Part shown: in pieces, positions 8,124 to 17,547 of the stretch
Position numbering within the stretch: the stretch's first letter is position 1
How the letters are laid out: each line of letters starts with the position of its first letter
Origin: Tannerellaceae bacterium
GTDB taxonomy: Bacteria; Bacteroidota; Bacteroidia; Bacteroidales; Tannerellaceae
Length of the DNA stretch: 59,189 nucleotides
Assembly (NCBI GenBank): GCA_031266215.1
Contig: JAISBL010000082.1
Coordinates: 1-59,189, forward strand
Direction of reading: 5' to 3'
Notes under the pieces: model-generated
Told to the model about the DNA's origin: nothing
Databases searched by the model: none
What the model saw: only the letters and a program-made list of their open reading frames with translations
Program-made: the position numbers and the translations under genes

Positions 8124-11100
8124 ATGATCAGATTCTTATTAAGTAAGCCCATTGCGGTGCTGATGGCCTGTACGGCTTTTTTCATCATGGGGCTGGTGAC
8201 ATATTTCACACTCCCGGTCTCCCTTTTGCCCGATATTGCCATACCTGAGATCACCGTGCAGGTTACGGGGGCGAACGCTTCGGCGCGGGAGTTGGAGAAT
8301 ACCGTTGTGAAGCCGGTGCGCCAGCAACTGATGCAGGTAAGCCGGCTGCGCGATATACGCAGCGAGACGCGCGACGGATCGGGGTTGCTCAGGCTGAGCT
8401 TCGACTTCGGTGTAAATACCGACCTGGCTTTTATAGAGGTGAACGAGAAGATAGATGCTGCGATGAATTACCTCCCCCGCGAGGTGGAGCGCCCGCGGGT
8501 GATCAAGGCCAACGCAACGGATATACCTGTCTTTTGCCTTAACCTGACGCTCGCCTCTGATAAGGGCAGGGCAGGAGAGGGGGAGACGGACTTCCTCGCC
8601 CTGTGCGAGTTTGCCGAGTCGGTGATCAGGCGCCGCATCGAGCAGTTGCCGGAGGTGGCGATGGTGGATGTCACAGGGACGGCTTCACGGCAGGTGCAGA
8701 TAATTCCCGACATGAGGATGATGGACGCCGCCGGCATAAGGCTTGAAGACCTCGAAGCAGCCATATCTTCAAACAACATCGAGCCGGGCAGCATGACCGT
8801 GCGCGATGGTTATTACGAATACAATATACGTTTCTCTTCTCTCCTCAGAACGGAGGAAGACGTCGAAAATATCTATATACGCAGGAACGGCCGCATCTTT
8901 CAGTTGAAAGACCTGGCCGAGGTGTCGGTTGTGCCTGTCAAAGAGACCGGCTATTCGCTTTCAAACGGTAAGCGGGCCGTCACGCTGGCTATCATCAAAC
9001 AGTCGGAAGAGAACATGGATAAGATGAAGGCTTCGCTGGAAGAGGCGCTAGACTACTTCTCGGAGTCCTACCCTGATATAGAATTCAGCATCTCACGCAA
9101 CCAGACGGATCTGCTGGACTATACGATCTCAAACCTGAAGCAGAACCTCACGCTTGGCTTTATCTTTATCTTCATCGTCGCCGTACTGTTCCTTGGCGAT
9201 GTCAAGAGTCCGGCTATAATCGGGATTAGCATGATAGCGAGCCTTGTGGTATGCTTCCTGTTCTTCTACCTTTTCCACCTCTCGCTGAACATCATTTCGC
9301 TGGCCGGACTGATCCTTGCCCTCGGTATGATGATAGACAGCTCTATCGTGGTGACGGAGAATATCGCCCAGTACCGGGCTATGGGACATTCGCTGGAGGA
9401 CGCCTGCGACAAGGGTACTGTCGAGGTGATCGGGCCTATGCTCAGTTCTACGCTCACGACGATCGTGGTATTTGTCCCCCTTGTATTCATGAGTGGTATA
9501 GCGGGCGCCATCTTCTATGACCAGGCGCTGGCTGTGGCTATCGGACTGATTATTTCCTACTTCACCGGGATCATGCTGCTGCCTGTACTGTATAAGATAG
9601 CTTCGCCCAGGGCCCCCTCCGCCACATCCCGTTCAGGGAAGGCAAGGGCGCGCGGAGAGTCTTTTTACACCTTAGGGGTAGACTTTGTCTTCCGCCATAA
9701 GGCTTCAAGCCTGGCCTGCCTCTTCCTGTCTGTCCCCCTTTGCGCCTACCTTTTCATGGAGATGCCCAAGAGCCGTATGCCAGCCATAGACCAGAACGAA
9801 TTACTGACTTTCATCGACTGGAACGAGAGTATCCATCTGGACGAAAACCGCAACAGGGTAGAAGCCCTGTTCCGCGAAACAAGAGACGAGGGTATGGAAT
9901 ACACCGCTTACGTGGGCAGGCAGCAATTCCTGCTGAACAGGGAGCAGGAGCTTTCGCAATCGGAGGCGGAGCTGTACTTCAAGACGCCTGTGACTTCCGC
10001 AATAGCTCCCTTGCAGCAGAAGGTGGCCCAATGGCTTGAGGAACATTACCCCTCGGCAGTATTCACCTTCCAGCCGCCGGAGACGGTGTTTGAGAAACTG
10101 TTTGTCACCGGCGAGGCCGACATTGTCGCAGAGCTCTCGCCCCGCAACAGGAGCGAAGCCCCCGCCCCGGGAAGCATCCATGCAATAGAGGGCATGATGA
10201 AGGATGCGGCGGGTAATACGCCGGCCGGTATCCCTTTTGATAACCAGCTTACCATCTCCATCGACCGCGAGAAACTGCTATTATATAATGTAGACTACAA
10301 TACCGTCTACCGCAGTCTGCGCACTGCCTTCAGGAAGAACGAGGCCGGCATGCTCCGCTCATACCAGCAATACCTTCCCATTGTAGTTGCCGCAGGCGAA
10401 GAGACAGTGGGCGAGATGGTGCGCAACACGCTTATACCCGACTCTGCCGGAAGGGTGGCTACGCCCCTCTCTGCTTTCCTGACGATCACGCCGGGCGAAG
10501 ACCTCAAGACTATTACGGCCGGCAGGAACGGTGAGTATATACCTTTCCGCTTCTATGACGTCAAAGACGCCGAACGCCTGATGCAGGACGCACGCCGGGG
10601 CGTAGACCGCTTCACGGCCGGCGGAAGCGTGAGTGAGGTATGGGATATGGACTTTTCGGGAAGCTTCTTCTCTAACCGCAGGATGCTGAACGAACTGGCC
10701 GTTATCCTCGCCGTATCCCTCCTGCTGATGTACTTTATCCTTGCGGCGCAGTTTGAGAGCTTTGTCCAGCCGCTGATAGTGCTGCTGGAAATACCCATTG
10801 ACGTGGCCGCCGCACTGCTCCTGCTCTGGGCCTGCGGACATACGCTCAACCTGATGAGCGCCATCGGCATTGTGGTTACATGTAGCGTCATAATAAACGA
10901 CTCTATCCTCAAGCTTGATGCCATTAATATCCTGCGCAAAGAAGGGAAGCCGTTACTTGAAGCCATCCATGAAGCAGGCCGCCGCCGTCTGCGCCCTATC
11001 GTGATGACCTCGCTTACAAGCATCTTCGCTATGGCTCCGCTGCTCTTTTCGTTCGACATGGGCAGCGAACTGCAGAAACCCCTCTCCATTGCCATGATTG

Positions 11101-11180
11101 CCGCCATGATTGTCGGCACGGCTGTCAGCCTCTTTATCATACCCCTTGTTTACTGGGGGATATATCGAAAGAAATTATAA
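8124..11180 (+). CDS. RND efflux permease subunit 1
   Basis: 1018 aa; LPVSLLPDI, LGMMIDSSIVVTEN, RRRLRPIVMTSLT. Confidence 0.95.
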   Translation: MIRFLLSKPIAVLMACTAFFIMGLVTYFTLPVSLLPDIAIPEITVQVTGANASARELENTVVKPVRQQLMQVSRLRDIRSETRDGSGLLRLSFDFGVNTDLAFIEVNEKIDAAMNYLPREVERPRVIKANATDIPVFCLNLTLASDKGRAGEGETDFLALCEFAESVIRRRIEQLPEVAMVDVTGTASRQVQIIPDMRMMDAAGIRLEDLEAAISSNNIEPGSMTVRDGYYEYNIRFSSLLRTEEDVENIYIRRNGRIFQLKDLAEVSVVPVKETGYSLSNGKRAVTLAIIKQSEENMDKMKASLEEALDYFSESYPDIEFSISRNQTDLLDYTISNLKQNLTLGFIFIFIVAVLFLGDVKSPAIIGISMIASLVVCFLFFYLFHLSLNIISLAGLILALGMMIDSSIVVTENIAQYRAMGHSLEDACDKGTVEVIGPMLSSTLTTIVVFVPLVFMSGIAGAIFYDQALAVAIGLIISYFTGIMLLPVLYKIASPRAPSATSRSGKARARGESFYTLGVDFVFRHKASSLACLFLSVPLCAYLFMEMPKSRMPAIDQNELLTFIDWNESIHLDENRNRVEALFRETRDEGMEYTAYVGRQQFLLNREQELSQSEAELYFKTPVTSAIAPLQQKVAQWLEEHYPSAVFTFQPPETVFEKLFVTGEADIVAELSPRNRSEAPAPGSIHAIEGMMKDAAGNTPAGIPFDNQLTISIDREKLLLYNVDYNTVYRSLRTAFRKNEAGMLRSYQQYLPIVVAAGEETVGEMVRNTLIPDSAGRVATPLSAFLTITPGEDLKTITAGRNGEYIPFRFYDVKDAERLMQDARRGVDRFTAGGSVSEVWDMDFSGSFFSNRRMLNELAVILAVSLLLMYFILAAQFESFVQPLIVLLEIPIDVAAALLLLWACGHTLNLMSAIGIVVTCSVIINDSILKLDAINILRKEGKPLLEAIHEAGRRRLRPIVMTSLTSIFAMAPLLFSFDMGSELQKPLSIAMIAAMIVGTAVSLFIIPLVYWGIYRKKL

Positions 11181-11183
11181 ACG

Positions 11184-12683
11184 ATGAACGATAAGATGAA
11201 CCTTCGACTTTTGATTTTAAACCTTCAGCTTTGCTTCCTCTTCATCCCCTCCGCCGCCAAAGCGCAGGGACAGGCTGAGCTGACGCTGACGCTGGAGCAG
11301 GCCATCACGCTGGCCGCCGACAGTTCGCTGGAAGCCTTCAGGAGCAAAAACATGTACCTGGCGGGTTACTGGCAATACCGCACATACAGGGCCGGAAGGC
11401 TGCCGGGTGTATCGCTTAACCTCACGCCGGTGCAGTATTACCGCGATATTACGCGGCGGTACGATTCAAACGAAGACATAGACGTGTACCGCAAACAGCA
11501 GTCTTACTACGCCTACGGCGGCTTGCAGGTGGAGCAGAATCTGGACTGGCTGGGCGGCAGTTTCTTCGTGAACAGCAGCCTGGGGTACATGCGCAATTTC
11601 GGAGACAACGCCTACACGCAGTATACCTCCGTCCCGGTGCGCATCGGCTATACGCAGGAACTGATAGGATATAACCCCTTCAAATGGGAGCGCAAAATAG
11701 AACCGCTGAAGTATGAGAAGGCTAAGAAGGAGTTCATCTACAATATGGAGCAGATAAGCGAGCAGGTCACCGGGTACTTCTTCGACCTCGCTATGGCGCA
11801 GGTCGAATATGATATGGCGACCGATAACGTTGCCAGCACCGACACCCTTTACCGCGTAGGCGAAGAGCGTCAGAAGATAGCCTCCATAACCCAGGCCGAC
11901 CTGCTCACCCTCCGCCTTGACGCCCTGAACGCCCGCAATAAGCTCCAGAACGCTACTATCGACCTCAAACGCGCCATGTTTGCACTGGCTTCGTATCTCA
12001 ACTTTGACAAGAACACCGTCATCCGCCTTCGCCTGCCGGCGCATCCGCTGAAGCAGAGCCTGTCGGTGGACGAAGCCCTGGCCCACGCCCGTGAGAACAA
12101 TCCCCGCTTCCTCGACCTCCGGCGTCAGATACTGGAAGCCGAACAGCAGGTAGACCGCACAAAGAGGGAGGCCATGTTTGACGCTTCCGTCTCAGCCAGC
12201 ATAGGGTTCAACCAGGTGGCCAATACGCTGTCCGACGCTTACCGCAAGCCCCTCCAGCAGGACGTCGTCTCCGTCTCCATCTCCATACCCCTTGTAGACT
12301 GGGGCGTGCGCAAAGGCAGATACAATATCGCCCGCAATACGCTGAACGTGACGCAGACCTCGGCGCGTCAGGAAGAGGTATCGCTTGAGGAAGACCTTTT
12401 GATGACGGTGGGCGACTTCAACGTCCAGCAGCAGCTTGTAGGCAGCGCCGAGGAAGCCCTCTCGCTGGCGCAGATGGCTTATGCCGAGACAAAGCAGCGT
12501 TTCATCATCGGCAAGGCGGACATCAACAGCCTCACCCTCTCGCTCAACCGCCAGCAGGAGGCCGAGCGCAGCTACATACACGCCTTGCGGAGCCATAAGC
12601 TCAGCTATTACAAGATACGCAAACTGACGCTTTACGACTTTGACCTGAAGATACCTCTGTCACGTAAGTTCGACTATGAGTAG
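11184..12683 (+). CDS. TolC-family outer membrane channel
   Basis: Signal peptide; LTLEQAITLA; SISIPLVDWG; position within the RND operon. Confidence 0.92.
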   Translation: MNDKMNLRLLILNLQLCFLFIPSAAKAQGQAELTLTLEQAITLAADSSLEAFRSKNMYLAGYWQYRTYRAGRLPGVSLNLTPVQYYRDITRRYDSNEDIDVYRKQQSYYAYGGLQVEQNLDWLGGSFFVNSSLGYMRNFGDNAYTQYTSVPVRIGYTQELIGYNPFKWERKIEPLKYEKAKKEFIYNMEQISEQVTGYFFDLAMAQVEYDMATDNVASTDTLYRVGEERQKIASITQADLLTLRLDALNARNKLQNATIDLKRAMFALASYLNFDKNTVIRLRLPAHPLKQSLSVDEALAHARENNPRFLDLRRQILEAEQQVDRTKREAMFDASVSASIGFNQVANTLSDAYRKPLQQDVVSVSISIPLVDWGVRKGRYNIARNTLNVTQTSARQEEVSLEEDLLMTVGDFNVQQQLVGSAEEALSLAQMAYAETKQRFIIGKADINSLTLSLNRQQEAERSYIHALRSHKLSYYKIRKLTLYDFDLKIPLSRKFDYE

Positions 12684-15600
12684 ATTCTCCGTCATACTGG
12701 CTTTCATATGCACCGCTCTGGCAGGCATCGCCTTCATACCGCTCCTGCCTGTCAAGCTGGAGCCTTCCTATACGCTGCCCCGGCTGAGCGTAAGCTACAA
12801 TATGCCAAACAACTCGTCGCGAGTCATAGAGATGGAAGTAACCTCGCGCCTCGAAGCCATGCTGTCGCGCATAAAAGGGATAAGGGAGATACGCTCTACG
12901 TCGGGTAACGGCTGGGGGCGTATATCTCTGGAGATAGACAAGCACGCCGATATCGATGTCGTGCGCTTCGAAGCCTCCACCATTATCCGCCAGAGCTGGC
13001 CGGCGATGCCGGATGGTATGACCTACCCCGTCCTCGAGATGAGCCGGCCCGACGATGAAGAGTCGCGCCCATTCATGAGCTACACCATCAACGCAGCTAC
13101 CACCCCGATACTGATACAACGCTTTGCCGAGAACAACGTCAAGCCCCGCCTGGCCGGCATCGCAGGTATTTACCGGGTGGATATAACAGGGGCCACTCCT
13201 ATGGAATGGCAGTTGGAGTACGACAGCCGCCAGATTGCCGCCCTGGGCATTACGATAGACGACATACGCAGGGCCATTGCCCTGAACTACAGCCGCGAGT
13301 TCCTCGGCATAGCGCAGGCCGACGAAGGGGGCGACTTCATACGCCTGGCGCTGGCGCCGGAGAGCGGGAGCGAAGGATTCGACCCTTCGCTTATCAGCGT
13401 CACAGCGGCCAATGGTACGGTGGTGCGCCTCGACCGCCTGCTGAAAGTCTCGCGACGTGAAGAGTCTCCTACCGGTTACTACCGTATCAACGGACTGAAC
13501 TCCATTTACCTCTCCATACGCGCAGAGGAGTCGGCCAACCAGTTGGATCTCGCTTCGCGCGTCAACGAAGAGATGGAAGTCATACGCGCCTCACTCCCCG
13601 CCGGATACGAGATGCACATCAGCTACGACGCCACCCGCTTCATACGCGAAGAGCTTGAAAAGATATTCATCCGCACCATCCTTACCGTCATCATCCTCCT
13701 GCTCTTCATCCTCGTAATGACGCGCAACCTGCGCTACCTGGCGCTTATCGTATCGAGCCTCGCCATCAACATCTGCATATCTTTCATCTTCTACTACATG
13801 CTTGGTCTGGAGATGCAACTGTATTCACTTGCCGGCATGACTATCTCGCTCAGCCTGATAATAGACAACACCATTGTCATGTCCGACCATATCCGCAAAC
13901 GCCATAACCGCGACGCATTCCTGCCCATACTTACGGCCACGCTCACCACCATCGGCGCCCTGTCGGTAGTCTTCTTCCTTGACGAACAGATACGCATCAA
14001 CCTGCGCGACTTTGCCGTCGTGGTGATAGTCAACCTCGCCGTCTCACTCGCTGTAGCCCTCTTCTTCATCCCGGCCATGCAGAGGCCTGTCGTTCCGGGG
14101 GCGTCATCCCGCAGGGGCAGGCGGCTGCCCGCTCAGGTGAGAAGGGCCATACGCCGGTTACCGGTCTATTCGGGCTACGCCTATATCAGTCAGATGCGTT
14201 TCTTCATCCGGTGGAGAAAATCACTCTGCTCCCTTCTCATCCTTGCCTTCGGGCTTCCGGTGTTTATGCTTCCCGAAAAGATAAATATGAAAGCCGACCA
14301 GACCTACTCTCATCTTGATTCGCTCCTTATCTCCCGCTATAACCAGACGCTGGGCAGCACGGCCTATAAGGAAAAGATCAGGCCGGTGGTCGATAAAGCC
14401 CTCGGCGGCGCGCTCCGCCTGTTCGTCCAGAAAGTATATGAAGGAAGTTACATGACCCGCCGTGAAGAAATGGCGCTTATCGTAACCGCTTCGATGCCCA
14501 ACGGCGTCACCCTGCCGCAGATGAATAACCTTATCGGGCGCATGGAGTCTTACCTTAGCGCGTATACGGGAGAGATACGGCAGTTTCAGACCAGCATCTT
14601 TAACGCCCGGCAGGCGCGTATAGATATTTTCTTCACCAAAGAGTCTGAGCGTAGCGCCTTCCCCTACACTCTCAAGAGCAACATCATCAGTAAGGCTCTT
14701 GAACTGGGCGGAGGCAGTTGGAGCGTCTACGGCCTGCCCGACCAGGGCTTCAACAACGACGTGCGCGAATCGGCGGGCAACTATCGTATCGAGGTTCTTG
14801 GTTACAATTACGACGAACTCTACCGTCATGCCGAAACGCTTCGCGACTCCCTCCTCAATTACCGCCGCATAAATGAGGTGCTTATCAGCTACGAGTTCTC
14901 TTACTACAAGGACGACTACCGCGAGTTTTCGTTCAACCTCGACAAGCGCCGGCTGGCTGAGAAAAACATCCTGCCCGTTGAACTGTTCGCCTCTCTCCGC
15001 CCGGTATTCGCCCGCGACGTCCCGGTCGGCAGCATCGTTGTGGATAATGAATCCGAACGCCTCCGGCTCGGTTCGCGGCAATCGTCCGAATACGATGTAT
15101 GGAGCCTGCTCTATGTCCCCGAACTGTCGGCCGCACCCTACAAGATCAGCGAACTGGCCGAAGTCGGCAAGGAGCTTATGCCTCAGAACGTCGCCAAGAT
15201 AGACCAGCAATACCGCCTCTGCCTCCAGTACGAATATATCGGGGCCTCCAATCAGGGGAACCGTATACAGGAGCGCGTGGTCGAGGCCTTCAACGCCTCG
15301 CTCCCGCCGGGGTACAGCGCAAGGGTCGACAACCGGGGTTTTTACTACTGGACGAGCAAAGACAACCGCCAGTACCTGTTGCTGCTCATCATCGTTGTCA
15401 TCATATACTTTACGGCCGGGATACTATTCAACTCACTGCGCCAGCCGCTTGCCATCATTTTCGTCATACCCATCTCCTACATAGGGGTCTTCCTCACGTT
15501 CTACTGGTTTAAGCTGAACTTCGACCAGGGGGGATTCGCCTCCTTCGTCATCCTGTGCGGCATCACCATCAACGCAAGTATTTACATACTTAACGAGTAC

Positions 15601-15858
15601 AACAAAGTGCGCGAACGCCGTCCGCTAATGCCGCCATACCGCGCCTACCTCAAGGCATGGAACGCCAAGATAGGCCCCATCTTTCTCACCATCGTCTCAT
15701 CCATACTGGGCTTCCTTCCCTTTATGGTTGGGGGAGGCCGCAGGGAAGCCTTCTGGTTTCCGCTGGCCGCCGGCGTCATAGGAGGCCTCCTGATGTCCCT
15801 TGCAGGCATCTTCCTTTACCTTCCGGTCTTCACTATCCGCCGACGCGAGGTCAGGTAA
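12676..15858 (+). CDS. RND efflux permease subunit 2
   Basis: 1060 aa; SLIIDNTIVMSDH; PIFLTIVSSILGFLP; overlaps the TolC stop. Confidence 0.93.
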   Translation: MSRFSVILAFICTALAGIAFIPLLPVKLEPSYTLPRLSVSYNMPNNSSRVIEMEVTSRLEAMLSRIKGIREIRSTSGNGWGRISLEIDKHADIDVVRFEASTIIRQSWPAMPDGMTYPVLEMSRPDDEESRPFMSYTINAATTPILIQRFAENNVKPRLAGIAGIYRVDITGATPMEWQLEYDSRQIAALGITIDDIRRAIALNYSREFLGIAQADEGGDFIRLALAPESGSEGFDPSLISVTAANGTVVRLDRLLKVSRREESPTGYYRINGLNSIYLSIRAEESANQLDLASRVNEEMEVIRASLPAGYEMHISYDATRFIREELEKIFIRTILTVIILLLFILVMTRNLRYLALIVSSLAINICISFIFYYMLGLEMQLYSLAGMTISLSLIIDNTIVMSDHIRKRHNRDAFLPILTATLTTIGALSVVFFLDEQIRINLRDFAVVVIVNLAVSLAVALFFIPAMQRPVVPGASSRRGRRLPAQVRRAIRRLPVYSGYAYISQMRFFIRWRKSLCSLLILAFGLPVFMLPEKINMKADQTYSHLDSLLISRYNQTLGSTAYKEKIRPVVDKALGGALRLFVQKVYEGSYMTRREEMALIVTASMPNGVTLPQMNNLIGRMESYLSAYTGEIRQFQTSIFNARQARIDIFFTKESERSAFPYTLKSNIISKALELGGGSWSVYGLPDQGFNNDVRESAGNYRIEVLGYNYDELYRHAETLRDSLLNYRRINEVLISYEFSYYKDDYREFSFNLDKRRLAEKNILPVELFASLRPVFARDVPVGSIVVDNESERLRLGSRQSSEYDVWSLLYVPELSAAPYKISELAEVGKELMPQNVAKIDQQYRLCLQYEYIGASNQGNRIQERVVEAFNASLPPGYSARVDNRGFYYWTSKDNRQYLLLLIIVVIIYFTAGILFNSLRQPLAIIFVIPISYIGVFLTFYWFKLNFDQGGFASFVILCGITINASIYILNEYNKVRERRPLMPPYRAYLKAWNAKIGPIFLTIVSSILGFLPFMVGGGRREAFWFPLAAGVIGGLLMSLAGIFLYLPVFTIRRREVR

Positions 15859-15876
15859 GGCTCTGCGTGAAGAGCT

Positions 15877-16313
15877 CACACTCTACTGTATTAGATTCTC
15901 ACAGTTATGCCTGTTAGCCGTTCACAGTTATGCCTGTTAGCCGTTCACAGTTATGCCTGTTAGCCGTTCACAGTTATGCCTGTTAGCCGTTCACAGCTAT
16001 GCCTGTTAGCCGTTCACAGCTATGCCTGTTAGCCGTTCACAGTTATGCCTGTTAGCCGTTCACAGCTATGCCTGTTAGCCGTTCACAGTTATACCTGTTA
16101 GCCGTTCACAGCTATGCCTGTTAGCCGTTCACAGCTATGCCTGTTAGTCGTTCACAGCTATGCCTGTTAGCCATTCACAGCTATGCCTGTTAGCCGTTCA
16201 CAGCTATGCTTGTTAGCTGTTCACAGTTATGCCTGTTAGCCGTTCACAGCTATGCTTGTTAGTACTTCACAAGTATGCTTGTTGATTCCCCACAAGGAAC
16301 CTTGTTGGCTCTC
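15877..16313 (+). repeat. Modular repeat element, locus 2 (linker, B x18; no leader, A array or tail)
   Basis: Linker CACACTCTACTGTATTAGATTCT 15877-15899; 16 units CACAG(T/C)TATGCCTGTTAGCCGTT plus 2 divergent units, exact 23-bp period from 15900. Confidence 0.95.
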
Positions 16314-16345
16314 CAACCTGAGTTTCCGGAGATAAGGCGGCGCTC

Positions 16346-16471
16346 CTGTAAAACGACCAATACGCTTGAGTGAGGGTTTCCGGTGTGTGCCGACGCCCCA
16401 GGCCTTATTGATATGGCGTAAGCACACACCGAAAACCCTCACCCGGACGGCGTCACGGGCGCGTTTTACAG
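16346..16471. repeat. Nested inverted-repeat element (possible second MITE/REP type)
   Basis: Outer CTGTAAAACG/CGTTTTACAG (perfect 10 bp); inner 21-bp arms GTGAGGGTTTCCGGTGTGTGC (16370-16390) / GCACACACCGAAAACCCTCAC (16422-16442). Confidence 0.75.
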
Positions 16472-16683
16472 AGGTGCATCAGGCTATGCAAAGAGCGATG
16501 CCGGTTTTTCTTACCTCGAATTCAGATTCTTAAATGCGTCTGCCCTGTTTGTAAAACGAGTCTGCGGCTCTCCGTAATAAATATCAACTATATTTGCATC
16601 CGTATTCAACGGAGCTTAGTCATTTAACTATTAGAATAAAGAGAATTATGAATGATCGTGTAAATCACTTAAAAACAGAGACC

Positions 16684-17475
16684 ATGAGAAAGTCAACCGG
16701 TTTATTTATCATCCTTTTGCTGCTGTCTGCCTGCGGCAGCGTCCCCCTGACCGGCAGGAAACAAGTCATGCTGGTATCCGATCAGGAAGTACTGTCGAGC
16801 AGCCTCACACAGTACAACAACTTCCTGAAAGAAGCGGCCATTTCAACCGACAAAGCCCAGACTGATAAAGTACTGAGGGTAGGCAGGAACATCGCCGCCG
16901 CAACCGAAGCCTACCTTCGCAACAACGGTCTGGAAGCCGAATTGAAAAACTTCGCCTGGGAGTTTAACTACGTCAAAAGCAACGAAGCCAACGCCTTCTG
17001 CATGCCGGGCGGGAAGATCGTGGTATACGAAGGCATCATGCCCTTTGCCCCTGCCGACGCAGAGCTTGCGGCTGTACTTGGGCACGAAGTGGCGCATGCC
17101 GTGGCCAGACATGCCAGCGAGCGCATGAGCCAGCAAATGCTGGCCCAGTATGGCGGACTTGTACTGGAGCAGGCCGTCAGCGGAACGTCATCATCCACGC
17201 AGACTATCGCAAATACGGTTTACGGACTGGGTGCGCAGTATGGCCTGATGCTCCCATACTCACGCAGGCATGAGTACGAGGCCGACCATATGGGACTTAT
17301 CTTCATGGCTATGGCCGGGTATGACCCTCGCGCCGCTATCAGCTTCTGGACTAAGATGTCGCAGGGCAAAACCGCCTCTGTCCCTGAGTTTATGAGCACG
17401 CATCCAAGCGATGCCAACCGGATTGCAGAATTGCAGAAATACCTGCCGGACGCCCTGAAATACTACAGGCGCTAA
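16684..17475 (+). CDS. M48-family zinc metallopeptidase lipoprotein
   Basis: LSAC lipobox, NAFCMPGG, HEVAH, EYEAD, STHP; the track's TTG start at 16594 lies inside promoter box TATATTTG (16589-16596). Confidence 0.92.
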   Translation: MRKSTGLFIILLLLSACGSVPLTGRKQVMLVSDQEVLSSSLTQYNNFLKEAAISTDKAQTDKVLRVGRNIAAATEAYLRNNGLEAELKNFAWEFNYVKSNEANAFCMPGGKIVVYEGIMPFAPADAELAAVLGHEVAHAVARHASERMSQQMLAQYGGLVLEQAVSGTSSSTQTIANTVYGLGAQYGLMLPYSRRHEYEADHMGLIFMAMAGYDPRAAISFWTKMSQGKTASVPEFMSTHPSDANRIAELQKYLPDALKYYRR

Positions 17476-17547
17476 ACCGCCCGGTGCGGTATAATAATTA
17501 CCTTTGCCACTTCAGAAATCTAAAAACAGAATAATTATCAATGCATT

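Noticed and set aside
15900-16313. CRISPR interpretation of the tandem arrays (also at 579, 6428, 35821, 49334)
   Set aside because: Units are contiguous 22-23-mers without unique ~30-40-nt spacers, and there are no cas genes in the window.
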